From a bacterium (lineage in GTDB: Bacteria > Desulfobacterota > DSWW01): a stretch of DNA of 64,000 bases. The DNA is taken from contig JBFLZG010000126.1 of the NCBI GenBank assembly GCA_040756235.1, positions 161,564-225,563 on the forward strand, given 5' to 3'. Positions 39,019-49,124 of the stretch are shown here, one piece after another. Below the pieces are notes generated by a model, which was given only the letters and a program-made list of their open reading frames with translations, searched no databases and was not told the DNA's origin. Positions within the stretch are counted from its first letter, which is position 1; the number at the start of each line of letters is the position of its first letter. The position numbers were made by a program, and so were the translations under genes.

Positions 39019-40977
39019 TCAAGGCTCCCGCACGGTTTCGCTCGGGTAGCGGACCCTGTAGATCCTGGCGCGGGATGATTCGTAGAGGCGTTCCAGCCAG
39101 GGTCTCTGAGATGCATCCACTCCCCGCTGCGCCAAGCCGAACTCTTCGTCTTCGAAGGCGCTCAGCCAAACCAGCGTGACGTGGTATTTCTTCAGGACCT
39201 GCAGGAGGTCCTCGGCGCAGAACTCCCGATACGCGGCAGAAACGCGTGCGAGAACATTTTCGTATTCGCTTCGATCGAAGAAGCTCAACTTGCCCCATCT
39301 CGGGTCGATGTACCAGAGCGAAGGGGTATTGGTCGAAGTCAGGACGTGCTTGTCCAGGTAAGGGCCGATTTCGTCAGGCGTCAACCCGAAGAAACGAAAC
39401 TTTATGAACCATCTCTCCAGCAGTTCCTGCTCGGTCATTCCAGGGGTGCTGTAGGCGAAGTGCAAGACCAGCACGTGAACCTGGGTGAAACAGGGAAGAA
39501 GGGTCGAGACCTCATCGGATGCCAGCACGACGTCCCGGTCCGTGGCGTTGTGCTTCAACCACTCGAAGTCCGGATAGAACGACTGATATTGCTTCCACCT
39601 CTGGGCCGAGGCCTCGTAGGCTGCGATCGGGCGCCGCTCTCTGGCGAGGTAGAATACGAGCTGGGTTCCCACCCCGTTCGCGACCAGGAGGGCCAGCAGG
39701 GCCAGTGCTGTCTTGCGGGAGTTCCCCCGGATCCGGCGAACGATGCCCCAGTGCCCCCTGACCTCTGGGAATCTGGCGATCAGGGTGAAGAGAGCGACCC
39801 AGACGACCGGCCCATCCACGTACAGCACGTACTTGAACAGACCGAACTGCCGTCCCGTGACCAGATGCTGGTTCTCGCAGATCAGCCCTCCGACCAGAAG
39901 GCAGGCCAGGAAGAAGTAGCGCCGGTCCTTCGAGGGATAGAAAACGAGAAATACCAGAACGGGAAGGACTTCGCTCTCGGCCAGAAAGGGGGCTCTCGGC
40001 AGAGTGTGAAGCCCGAGCCTTCCGAGGTCCGTGAAGGCCTTCATCTCGGGCGTCTGGAAAAACAGGAAGGTCGAGTAGAGCCATGGGACGCCGATCAGGA
40101 GAGCGAGGAAAAAGGCGATGCATAGGAACTTCAACAGGGGCCAGTCCCTGCGCACGGCCAGGAAAATACCGAAAAGGCCGGTCCCGGTAAGCAAGTACAT
40201 CCAGTAGAAGGGGGCGACGTAGAACAGGAAGCCGCAGCAAAGACCGAATCCGACCGCATAGGCGAGGCGCGCGCGCTTTGCCAGAAGCGCCAGGAAGACG
40301 AGCGCGCCGCCGAAAGACAGAAAATTCACCTGAGGGTTGATCAGACGCGCAAACGGAAAGGTCGTGTTCGGAATGATCTCGTCGATCGGGAACCCTCGGT
40401 AGCTCGTGAGCACACCGAGCCGGGAGAAAAGCTCCAGCGCGGCCAGGAGCAGCATGTTCGGGATGCCAAGCGTGAACAGGCTCGTCAGCAGGACGGCCGC
40501 AGCGCCGAGCGCGCTCAGCCAGACCGAGCCGGTGAGGACGACCAACAGGGCGTAAAGCAGGAGAAAGACGGCCGCGGGCGCCACAAAGTCCAACACCACC
40601 GGGACCTGCTCGAAGGGTATCCCCAAGGCCCTCGCAGCCAGGGCCGTGCAGCCGATGGTGGACGAAAAGGGGGGGACTTTGCCGCGCTCGTACTCGACGA
40701 AATACGGGCTCGAGTACAGAAAGCCTTCCTCCCCTGCATGGCGGATTTGCGAGCAGTAGCCCCGCTCGTCGCCGGAGCCGAGAAACGGATAGTGGTAATC
40801 GGGCCAGCAGTCAAGGATGAAAAGGACGTGCGGGAGGAAGTAGATGAGCCCCACCAGAGCGGCGACCGGCAAGCCGACCCACGCGTATCCGCGCCGCGGC
40901 GGCGGTCCAGTGGGGCAACTGCCCGTCGGCCGAGAAGGAGAACCTGCCCCGCCCGCCGATGGTGCCGAATCGTACAT
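39019..40977 (-). CDS. Multi-TM membrane protein, possibly a GT-C glycosyltransferase
   Basis: About 10+ hydrophobic segments; GDE..Y after TM1; soluble C-terminal domain WLKHN..DVVLA. Confidence 0.6.
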   Translation of the reverse strand: MYDSAPSAGGAGSPSRPTGSCPTGPPPRRGYAWVGLPVAALVGLIYFLPHVLFILDCWPDYHYPFLGSGDERGYCSQIRHAGEEGFLYSSPYFVEYERGKVPPFSSTIGCTALAARALGIPFEQVPVVLDFVAPAAVFLLLYALLVVLTGSVWLSALGAAAVLLTSLFTLGIPNMLLLAALELFSRLGVLTSYRGFPIDEIIPNTTFPFARLINPQVNFLSFGGALVFLALLAKRARLAYAVGFGLCCGFLFYVAPFYWMYLLTGTGLFGIFLAVRRDWPLLKFLCIAFFLALLIGVPWLYSTFLFFQTPEMKAFTDLGRLGLHTLPRAPFLAESEVLPVLVFLVFYPSKDRRYFFLACLLVGGLICENQHLVTGRQFGLFKYVLYVDGPVVWVALFTLIARFPEVRGHWGIVRRIRGNSRKTALALLALLVANGVGTQLVFYLARERRPIAAYEASAQRWKQYQSFYPDFEWLKHNATDRDVVLASDEVSTLLPCFTQVHVLVLHFAYSTPGMTEQELLERWFIKFRFFGLTPDEIGPYLDKHVLTSTNTPSLWYIDPRWGKLSFFDRSEYENVLARVSAAYREFCAEDLLQVLKKYHVTLVWLSAFEDEEFGLAQRGVDASQRPWLERLYESSRARIYRVRYPSETVREP

Positions 40978-41239
40978 TTCTCGGGAGCCTTCTCAGCACG
41001 GGAAACCATGGCCGTGGGGAAGAATCTCACCCCTTCGATCCCCGGCACGACACCTGCCATCCTCTATACAAATCCACGGCTCGAGTCAATGCGCGGTCCG
41101 AGATCCGCCGTCCGATCCGCGACCGACGTCCCGAGAGCACCTCAGCGCCGGCGGCAGGGCGGACGCGCCTCTCCCGGTTTGTTTGCTTTCGAGGGATCGG
41201 CTCAATAGAATGCGCCAAAACGCCCGGAGGCATGTCGAA

Positions 41240-42049
41240 ATGGGCCCGGCGCCGGATCCCAGGACCGTTCTGACCGAGCGGCAGCGCGAGGAGAAGACTT
41301 ATTTCTCGAGGGAGCGCTGGCCGTTCAAGAGCTGGAAGATCGACGAAAGCATCATCCCTTGGAACTTGCGGGCTTTTGACCGAGTTCTCCTGGAATCGGT
41401 CGGCGGCCGGGAAGCTCTCGAAGGGAAACACGTCCTGGATTGCGGGTGCGGGTGGGGAATTCTATCGGTCCTGCTCGCCCAGCGCGGGGCCCGTGTCGCG
41501 GCGGTCGACCTCTCCCCCGAGTGTGTGGAGATCGCCAGCAGGCTCGCGCGAGAAAACGAAGTGGAAGAACGGGTCGATGCACGGGTCGGCGTGCTGGAAA
41601 AGCTGGAGTTCGGGGACGAGAGCTTCGACATTCTGGTGGGGACGCGGATCCTGCATCACGTGGACATCGAGACGAGCGCGCGCGAGCTGTTCCGGGTTTT
41701 GCGACATCCGGGGACCGCGGTCTTCTGGGAATGCACCGACCGAAATCGCCCCTATCGATTCCTGAGAAGGCTCTGGCGCAGCGTCCCCCTGGTGCCGATC
41801 AGCGGGACCCGCAACGAGCACCCCTTGACCCGCGAGGAGCTGGACAAGCTCGACCGGACCTTCGGAGGAACGCTCGCGACGCACCCCGCGCCCTCCTCGT
41901 TCTTCTCTCACCTGGCCACAGTTCTGACCCGGGGGAAGCTGCCGTTCGCGGAAAGAGTCGCGGGAGCTGTTGACCGGTCGCTCAACCGCGCCTTCCCCGC
42001 GCTCGAGGCCCATGGGCTCCACCAGATTCTCGTGTTGAAAAAGAGCTGA
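41240..42049 (+). CDS. Class I SAM-dependent methyltransferase
   Basis: GGAGG RBS; VLDCGCGWG, VDLS, SFD..ILHH. Confidence 0.85.
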   Translation: MGPAPDPRTVLTERQREEKTYFSRERWPFKSWKIDESIIPWNLRAFDRVLLESVGGREALEGKHVLDCGCGWGILSVLLAQRGARVAAVDLSPECVEIASRLARENEVEERVDARVGVLEKLEFGDESFDILVGTRILHHVDIETSARELFRVLRHPGTAVFWECTDRNRPYRFLRRLWRSVPLVPISGTRNEHPLTREELDKLDRTFGGTLATHPAPSSFFSHLATVLTRGKLPFAERVAGAVDRSLNRAFPALEAHGLHQILVLKKS

Positions 42050-42161
42050 CCGAGGCGTGGGGGCCGGTGATCCTCGACAAGGGAAGCCGGTCGCCCATCC
42101 GGGAAACCCGGACGCCTCGCACGAGCGGTTTTCGACAGCTTGCACGGGGAGATCTCGGGCC

Positions 42162-42998
42162 ATGAAGGTCGCCTGCATCACGCTGGACACGGAACCGGAC
42201 CTCGGCTCCGACCGCTGCGACATCGAGCTCTTCCGAAACCCGGACCAGCTCGGGCCTTTCCAAGAGGTGATCCGGGAGCACGGAGTGAAGCTGACCGGCT
42301 TCCTGGTGACGAAGATCATCCGGGAGAACCCGAAGGCCATCGAGCGTGCGACGGCGGCTCTTCCGATCCGGTTCGAGTCCCATTCCCACCACCATAATCA
42401 GAGAGACACCGACTCGGAAAGAGAGCTCGATGACACCATGGAGGCTTACGCGGGTTTCTTCGGCCGCCCTCCCAGAGGCTACAGAGCTCCTAATGGTCTC
42501 ATCACGCCGCGCGGGCTTGTCCGATTGGCCGCGCGGGGCTTTGTCTATGATTCGAGCATCTTCCCCTCCTGCCGTTTCGATGCGTACGCGTACAACAACC
42601 TCGGTCTTCCGGTCGTGCCATACGCGTACAGCACCGCGGCAGGCGAGCTCATCGAGCTGCCCCTGGCCGTGGTCAAGGGGGTGCGGCTGATCGTCTCGCT
42701 GAGCTACATGAAGCTTCTCGGGTGGAGGTTCTACGAGGTGCTGATCCGTCGTCTCGGACTGCCGGACATCCTCGTCATCGACACCCACCCTTACGATTTC
42801 TTCGTAGGAGGGCACCTTCACCGGGTCTCGGGGTGGAAGCGCTGGGCGCACGCGCGAAATGCCGAGAACGCCCTCGGAATCTTCGATCGACTGCTGCAGG
42901 TTCTGAAGCTCTCCGGGTACACATTCCTCTATGTGGATGAGCTTCTGCCTCTCTTGGGCAAGAAAGGTATGAAGCGCATCGATCTTTCGGGAGCGTGA
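42162..42998 (+). CDS. Polysaccharide deacetylase family protein
   Basis: TLDTE, ESHSHHH, GYRAP, YDSSIFP, HPYDF. Confidence 0.85.
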   Translation: MKVACITLDTEPDLGSDRCDIELFRNPDQLGPFQEVIREHGVKLTGFLVTKIIRENPKAIERATAALPIRFESHSHHHNQRDTDSERELDDTMEAYAGFFGRPPRGYRAPNGLITPRGLVRLAARGFVYDSSIFPSCRFDAYAYNNLGLPVVPYAYSTAAGELIELPLAVVKGVRLIVSLSYMKLLGWRFYEVLIRRLGLPDILVIDTHPYDFFVGGHLHRVSGWKRWAHARNAENALGIFDRLLQVLKLSGYTFLYVDELLPLLGKKGMKRIDLSGA

Positions 42999-43008
42999 TG
43001 GGTGCCCG

Positions 43009-44100
43009 CTACGGGCGCGGTGCTCTCCGCTCCGCCAGGTACAATCCGACCCCGACCAGGCAGCGGATCAGAAAGAGCGCACCGAAAAGAACTCCGATGA
43101 GGACCCCTTTTTCCGGCGGAATTCCGTAGAGGCCGAGGAGATAGGCGAACCCGGACTCTCTGACGCCGATTCCGGCCAGCGAGATGGGGAGCGTCTGCAC
43201 AAGGAAGACGAGGGAGCTGATCCACAGGATATCCAGTACGGGCAGGTGGACCCGCAGAGCGAAAAACAGGCAGAGGAACAGAAGGAGCAGGCAGAGTTGG
43301 ACGCAAACCGACAGGACGAGCCCCCATCCCATGACTTTCCATGCGCCCTGGTAGAGCCGGCCGGCGGCCACCACTTTGTCCCAGAGGACACGGAGGCGAG
43401 CGGGCAGCCGGCTGGCCAGAGGCCTGGTCAGGCGCTCGCAGGCATCCTGGAGGGACGGGATCAGCAGATAGAGAAAAAGAAGGCACACAAGGGCCGCAAA
43501 CGACCAGAAAACCGGAAGGAAGGCTCTCTTGAACGGAGCCAGACGATCGTCCTCGATCAGGAGCAGGGGCATCCCGGAGGCGAAGAGCGTCGTCGCGAGA
43601 AACAGGATTTTCTCGACGGCCAGAACCACCAGGAATTGGCCCCTGCCCGAGCGGTTCCCGGTGATCTTGTACCAGCGGAACAGATTCGTGCCTACTCCGG
43701 CCGGGAGAAAGGCCGCGTAAAACCGGCTGATGATGTCGACCGTGAGAATCCGGACGAAGGTCGGCTGCAGAACCGTCGGCTTGAGCAGGCGCAGCAGTCG
43801 AACGGCGACGGGGACTTCGCTCAGCATGAAAAAAAGAAAGGCAAGAGAAAAGAAGCGCAGGTCGATCGACCGCAGCGCCCCTACCAGCAGATGGAGATCG
43901 ACTTGAGCCGCAATGAGCCAGAGAAAGAGCCCCGAGATGCCCACCCTCAGGAGAAGGCCTCCTGGGAGCTTCCTCGGCAGGCTCGCGGAATCTCCCGCGA
44001 GGCCCGGCTCTTCGGGTTTGCCGATCGGGCTGGTCGCATTCAAGGGAGGATCGATCCGAGACCGGCGCTCTGCGCCGATTGGGGCCAGAGGGTTGCGCAC
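43009..44100 (-). CDS. Lysylphosphatidylglycerol-synthase TM / flippase-like (UPF0104) membrane protein
   Basis: FLPAGVG, LPISLAGIGVRE motifs; about 8 TM helices; start uncertain. Confidence 0.82.
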   Translation of the reverse strand: MRNPLAPIGAERRSRIDPPLNATSPIGKPEEPGLAGDSASLPRKLPGGLLLRVGISGLFLWLIAAQVDLHLLVGALRSIDLRFFSLAFLFFMLSEVPVAVRLLRLLKPTVLQPTFVRILTVDIISRFYAAFLPAGVGTNLFRWYKITGNRSGRGQFLVVLAVEKILFLATTLFASGMPLLLIEDDRLAPFKRAFLPVFWSFAALVCLLFLYLLIPSLQDACERLTRPLASRLPARLRVLWDKVVAAGRLYQGAWKVMGWGLVLSVCVQLCLLLLFLCLFFALRVHLPVLDILWISSLVFLVQTLPISLAGIGVRESGFAYLLGLYGIPPEKGVLIGVLFGALFLIRCLVGVGLYLAERRAPRP

Positions 44101-44146
44101 GAAACGCGGCCTGGGGGTTCTCCGAGAACGGCCGACGGGGCTGGGA

Positions 44147-45193
44147 TCAACGCCACCACGTCTTGACGATGGTCCTGACGAATCTCAATCCGTACCACCA
44201 ATTCGTTCCTTTCTTGCTCTCGCCGTATTTCCTGCGCAGGATGGTAATCGGCACTTCACCGATCCGCAGACCCTTCTTGGCGGCGTCGATGATCGCTTCC
44301 GCGGCGTAGTACTGGTCTTGCACGAGGCGGAGCTCGCGGATGGCTTCCACTCTGAAGGCGCGATAGCAGCTCGAGCAGTCGGAGATTCTCGTGCCGGCCA
44401 GGAAGTTGATCAGGCGGCTGAACAGAAGGACGCCGACCAGTCTGACCGCGGAATCCCTCTCGCGGGCGCCGAGAACTCTGGAACCGATGACGAAATCCAG
44501 ACGGTCTTCGATGATCGGTCGCACCAGGCTCTCGACTTCCTCGGGCCGGTGCTGACCGTCCGCATCCATGGTCACGACGATCCGGCACCTGCCTTGCAGC
44601 GCCACGTCATACCCGAGGCGCAACGCGGCGCCGCCGCCCCGATTGATCGGGTTCCGGACCACCGCAAACCCGATCTCCTTCGCCACATCGGCTGTCCCGT
44701 CGCAACTGCCATCGTCCACCACCAGGGCACCCACGTCCACGCCGCACACCTGCCGCGGCAACCGGGGCAACACTTCTCTCAAGCTCTGCGCCTCGTTCAA
44801 GGCCGGGATGATGACGGTGATCGGCCGGATGCCCCTTTCTCCACTCGAGTCGAGCGTCCCGGATGCGATCTTCCGCACCAGCCCGTCGAACTGGCGGTCG
44901 CGGCTGGCGGAAGAGATCCGGTGAAAGAGGAACCAGACCCAGAGGATCATGTTGGAAACGATGAGCAGCGCAATCAGCCGCCCGTACGCCTCGCCCTGGA
45001 GAGCCATCATGCTGACGAGGATGCTGATGCTGTTCGGATAGAGGCCGACCGTAAACAGGGCCGTTCCGAACAGAAACAGGACCATGAATTCGGCGCGCCG
45101 GATCCGATGGGAGCGGAAACGACCAAAGCCCCAAAAAGCGATTCCCAGTCCCAGGAAAATACCCGCGAGTCGAATGAGAATCAGAGCCTTCAT
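44147..45193 (-). CDS. DUF2304-like TM domain fused to a GT2 (Dol-P-Man synthase-like) glycosyltransferase
   Basis: Three N-terminal TMs; IIPALNE, VDDGS.D.T, N.GGGAA, MDADGQH, GSR, EVPI. Confidence 0.87.
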   Translation of the reverse strand: MKALILIRLAGIFLGLGIAFWGFGRFRSHRIRRAEFMVLFLFGTALFTVGLYPNSISILVSMMALQGEAYGRLIALLIVSNMILWVWFLFHRISSASRDRQFDGLVRKIASGTLDSSGERGIRPITVIIPALNEAQSLREVLPRLPRQVCGVDVGALVVDDGSCDGTADVAKEIGFAVVRNPINRGGGAALRLGYDVALQGRCRIVVTMDADGQHRPEEVESLVRPIIEDRLDFVIGSRVLGARERDSAVRLVGVLLFSRLINFLAGTRISDCSSCYRAFRVEAIRELRLVQDQYYAAEAIIDAAKKGLRIGEVPITILRRKYGESKKGTNWWYGLRFVRTIVKTWWR

Positions 45194-45297
45194 GGTAGTG
45201 GCGCCCTACCCTGGCTTCTGCAGGCGGACTGACCTGCCGGGTGTCTCCTCAAGGGTGTTCCCACAGTCCTCGCTGCGATGGGTCCGAGTCCGTGCTC

Positions 45298-46083
45298 CTA
45301 TCCCTTCCGTGCCACGAGCAAGACGTGATAGTCGAAAAGGAAAGGGCACAGCGACTGCAGGAGGTCTTCGATCCTGTTCAACAGAAGCCACAACCGCCGC
45401 CCGCCGAGACCGGTCAGAGCCAGCGGAACGAACAGACCCGAGATGTCTTTCTGCAGAGAAGTCTGCAGCCCCGCTTCCTGCAGCATCCGTCTCATTTGCT
45501 CCGGGGAGCGGTGCTCGAACAGAGTCGACTCGTGGGGGATGTGCATGGCATTGGCGAGCCCGAGCATGAATCTTCGATATGCGGAATGGCGGTTTCCCTC
45601 ATAGATCAGAAAGGTGCCTCCGGACTTCAGGCATCGGCGGACTTCCTTGAAGACCGCCGTCGGTTCTTTCAAGTGGTGGACGACCCCTTTCATCACGATC
45701 GCATCGAATGCCTCGGGCTCGAACGGCAAGTGCTCGCCCGACCCTGTCACCAGCCTCGCCCGGGGTGAGAACTTCCTCGCCAGGGCAAGGCTTTCCGGCC
45801 CCGGGTCCACGCCGGCGACGACCGGAAAGCGGTGCTGGACAGAGGAGAGAAAATTGCCTATGCCGCAACCGATTTCCAACAGACGGGCGACATTGCCGGG
45901 GGTGATGGCCGACAGGATGAGATTGTTTTGCCGTTGGTAGAGTATTTGCAGCCCATGGGATCTCCGGAGCTTCCTGCCCATGCGGACGGCGATGGCGTCG
46001 CTCCCGTTGATCTCCTCATTCAAGTAGTCCGGGTGCTCCCGCGGGGGGTCCGCAGGCTTCGACTTCTCCATCCTCATCTTCAT
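45298..46083 (-). CDS. Class I SAM-dependent methyltransferase
   Basis: LLEIGCGIG, LPF..FD, VHHL, LKSGG; start uncertain. Confidence 0.85.
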   Translation of the reverse strand: MKMRMEKSKPADPPREHPDYLNEEINGSDAIAVRMGRKLRRSHGLQILYQRQNNLILSAITPGNVARLLEIGCGIGNFLSSVQHRFPVVAGVDPGPESLALARKFSPRARLVTGSGEHLPFEPEAFDAIVMKGVVHHLKEPTAVFKEVRRCLKSGGTFLIYEGNRHSAYRRFMLGLANAMHIPHESTLFEHRSPEQMRRMLQEAGLQTSLQKDISGLFVPLALTGLGGRRLWLLLNRIEDLLQSLCPFLFDYHVLLVARKG

Positions 46084-46161
46084 CCCCGAGGGTTCAGTCT
46101 CCGGAGACCCAGGCACGCGGCGGAGCGCAGCGCTCCTGCTGCCAGCCGGGGTGAGGCCGCT

Positions 46162-48954
46162 TCAGGGGTGGATCCCTGCGGACCTGGCCGCGATGAGCCC
46201 GCTTGCGGTGAAGGCGTGGGAGATCGGCCGCAGGTAGAACAGCAGCGGCCGCGGGCCGTACATCTCGGGCTTGCCTTCCCAGCTTCCGTCCGCCTTCTGG
46301 CGTTCCAGCAGGTAGGCCACGGCCTCGCGCACGATGCCTCGGCGCTGTTCCGGATTGCCCCTGCACATCTCCGCTATGGCCAGTCCGGTGGCGCTCGCGC
46401 AGGACGGCGTGCCGGGGGTAATCCCCCAGCCGCCGTCACTGTTCACAGCCGAGACCAGGGCCGCCCTGCCCTTGATCGAAGCCGAGCTCTCGGCGGGCAA
46501 TGCGCGCAGCAGGGAGGCCTGCACGAACGGGAAGTTCCGGCACAACCCTCCCATCCATCCGCCGTCGAGGTCCTGCCGCTCCTGCATCCAGCGAAAAGAC
46601 CTGGACAAGTCGATGGAAGCCGTCCCGCCGCATTTCGAGACCGCCTCCACGATGTGACCGAGGACCTCCGGAACGACCGCATCCCCGGCCGACTGCCAGG
46701 TCGTCCACAGCCCCGAGCCGTCCTGGCTTCCCTCCAGGAACCGGACTCCGGCCACAAGCGCGCTCTGCATGCGCGCTCCACTCTCTGCCGAGGTTCCGTT
46801 TTCCTTGGCGTCGTTGAGCGCCAGGAGAGCGTGCGCGGTCGATTCGTTGTCGGACACGATGCCGGATGCGTAGCCCCAGCCCCCGTCCCCGTTCTGCTGG
46901 CGGAGGAGGTACTCCAGGGCTTGAGGCAGACACTGGTTGTGAAACTCGCGGTTCCCCTGGAAGGCCCGGATCATGGTGGAGGTGGCCCATATGTCGAGGT
47001 TCACATAGGACCAGTAACCCTCTTCGGTCTGAGTGCGCGAGAGGTACCGGGCTGCCTGCCTCGCTTCCAGCTGAAGGTTCGCCTCGTGGAAGGCCAGGAA
47101 CGCCACGGCGGTCGAGACCGGGTTGTTCCACATCGAGCCGTCTTCCCACTGCAGCCCCTGCAGGATCTCGACCGGACGCAGGTCTCCCAGGAGAATCCTC
47201 ACGGAGAGCAGATCGGAGAGGGCCCACGGTTTCCAGGCCTTGCGCTTCTCCGCCGTTTCGGTCAGCTCCTGCAGCTGAACCAGGATCTTCTCTTTGGCGA
47301 CGTGGCTGTTCAGCGCCCGGCCCATGGTGGTGGCCAGGGCGGCAAGGATTTCGGTCTTCCGCAGAAAGATCGGATCGAACAGCAAGGGGTCGGACAGGTC
47401 GATCGCCCCGAACCGTTCCATGGCGAGCGAATAGGCCATCTGCTCATAGATTTCCGCCACGCGATGGTGGCTCTGGACCGACTGGCCGCGGAGCCACAGG
47501 CGAGCCTTCTGTACCGCCTTGTCGTACTCGCCCTTCTTGTCCAGGGCGACCAGCACGATGGCGGTCTCGAAGATGCGCGGGCTCGAGGAGCCGGACCATT
47601 TGCCGCTGGCGTCCTGCGTGTCGATGGCCAGGCCGACCGCCTTGTTGATGGCGCGCGTAACACCTCCGTCCGGCCCCCGCAGTTGCTGCAGCGCCTTCTG
47701 CACCGCCACCGTGGTGATCTCTCCGTGCTGCACCACCTCTCGTACCAGGTGCTCCAGCTCGTCCCCCCGGGCACCCAGGCTCAAGGCAATGCTGCGGGCG
47801 TGCAGAGACATGTGCCCTCTCTGAATGCCTTCGGAAGCCAACGCCCGCAGCGCCGCCAGATTCTGCGCCAGCCCGACCGCGGCCGCGATGCGACCCAGGT
47901 CGGTTGCCCTCTCGATCTTCATCAGCTTCAAACAGGCCTGGGCGACGCGGTTGACCGACACCCCCCCTCCCACGATCCCCACGGCCATCGGGAGCTTCAG
48001 CTCGCCTCTCAGGAACTTCCCTGCGGGCGTCTCTTCCGTGCGCCAGATCGCCAGGGGCCTGTAGCTGCCGTCCCGGCAGGCGTAAGCGTGCGCGCCTGCT
48101 TCCACTCCGCGCCAGTCGTTGCCGCAGGCGATGACCACGGCGTCGACTCCGTTCATGATGCCCTTGTTGTGCGTGGCTGCCCGGTATGGGTCCCTCTCGG
48201 CCAGGATCGAAGCGGCCACGATCCCTTCGGCGACCTGCTCTCCGGAAAAATTCTTGGTCACGAGGCTGCTCACGGGAATCCGGGCCCGGCTCGTCACACA
48301 GCGGCGCGCGGCCAGGTTGGACAGGATCTTCAGGCCCGTTCGGCCGCCCGTAAGCTGTGTCAGCGGGCCGGCCATCTGTTCGCAGGCGGTGTTGATGAGG
48401 TTCGCCCCCATGGCGTCGCGGCAGTCCAGGACGACGTGGATCACCACGTGGCCTTCGGTCCGATCCAGGACGCGGAACTCGATGTCTCTGGCTCCTCCCC
48501 CTCGCGCCTTGAGCCGCGGGTGAATCTGATCGATGCGGAGCAGCAGGTTCTCCTTCTCCGCTTCGACCTTCGCCCGGGCCGCCTCCACGTCCTCGATGTC
48601 CCGGATCTCCACCTGACCGATCATCAACGGGTCGTCGCATTCGGTGAAAATGCCCCCTCCATCCCGCGCGAATTTCGCGCCGAACGAGGCGGCCGCGATG
48701 ACCGATGGCTCTTCGATCGCCATGGGGATCAGCACGGCCCTTCCGTCGACCACGAAATTCGTCGCAATGCCGAGAGGGACATAGGTGACGCCGATGACGT
48801 TCTCGACGGTTGCGGCCGCCACCCGAACGGCTTCCTGAGAAGCCGTGATCAGAGCCGTCTCTTGCTCGGTCAGCTCTCCCATCTTGAGCAGCAGATCGAG
48901 GCGTTCTTCAACCGTCAGGTTGCGAAAACCCGACAGGTTCGATAGCTCCTTCAC
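46162..48954 (-). CDS. Fusion: class II HMG-CoA reductase + squalene-hopene-cyclase-like (QW-repeat) domain
   Basis: AGGAGGA RBS 6 nt before GTG; ENVIG, EEPSVIAAAS, DAMGAN, THNKG, GND, GIQRGHMSLH; then about 8 QW-type motifs (QDASGKW, QNGDGGW, QDLDGGW, QKADGSW and others) with no stop in between. Confidence 0.9.
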   Translation of the reverse strand: MKELSNLSGFRNLTVEERLDLLLKMGELTEQETALITASQEAVRVAAATVENVIGVTYVPLGIATNFVVDGRAVLIPMAIEEPSVIAAASFGAKFARDGGGIFTECDDPLMIGQVEIRDIEDVEAARAKVEAEKENLLLRIDQIHPRLKARGGGARDIEFRVLDRTEGHVVIHVVLDCRDAMGANLINTACEQMAGPLTQLTGGRTGLKILSNLAARRCVTSRARIPVSSLVTKNFSGEQVAEGIVAASILAERDPYRAATHNKGIMNGVDAVVIACGNDWRGVEAGAHAYACRDGSYRPLAIWRTEETPAGKFLRGELKLPMAVGIVGGGVSVNRVAQACLKLMKIERATDLGRIAAAVGLAQNLAALRALASEGIQRGHMSLHARSIALSLGARGDELEHLVREVVQHGEITTVAVQKALQQLRGPDGGVTRAINKAVGLAIDTQDASGKWSGSSSPRIFETAIVLVALDKKGEYDKAVQKARLWLRGQSVQSHHRVAEIYEQMAYSLAMERFGAIDLSDPLLFDPIFLRKTEILAALATTMGRALNSHVAKEKILVQLQELTETAEKRKAWKPWALSDLLSVRILLGDLRPVEILQGLQWEDGSMWNNPVSTAVAFLAFHEANLQLEARQAARYLSRTQTEEGYWSYVNLDIWATSTMIRAFQGNREFHNQCLPQALEYLLRQQNGDGGWGYASGIVSDNESTAHALLALNDAKENGTSAESGARMQSALVAGVRFLEGSQDGSGLWTTWQSAGDAVVPEVLGHIVEAVSKCGGTASIDLSRSFRWMQERQDLDGGWMGGLCRNFPFVQASLLRALPAESSASIKGRAALVSAVNSDGGWGITPGTPSCASATGLAIAEMCRGNPEQRRGIVREAVAYLLERQKADGSWEGKPEMYGPRPLLFYLRPISHAFTASGLIAARSAGIHP

Positions 48955-49030
48955 CGGCAATCCTCCTGCGTGAGTTCCGATCCGAAAAGGGACGCGAGCG
49001 GCGCGCCCCGCCCGGTCACTTGCGGAAGGA

Positions 49031-49060
49031 ACTGTACATAGAATATCCTGCGTCTGTCAA
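49031..49060 (-). promoter_or_regulatory. Candidate sigma-70 promoter for the HMGR-cyclase gene
   Basis: Minus strand TTGACA-N18-TACAGT. Confidence 0.45.
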
Positions 49061-49124
49061 CGAAGATCACTCCGAAGCAGAAAACGGTTACACGGCGATT
49101 CTCCGGCGTCGAAAGGACAGCACG

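Noticed and set aside
45832..48945. 1037-aa plus-strand ORF
   Set aside because: Antisense shadow of the HMGR-cyclase gene
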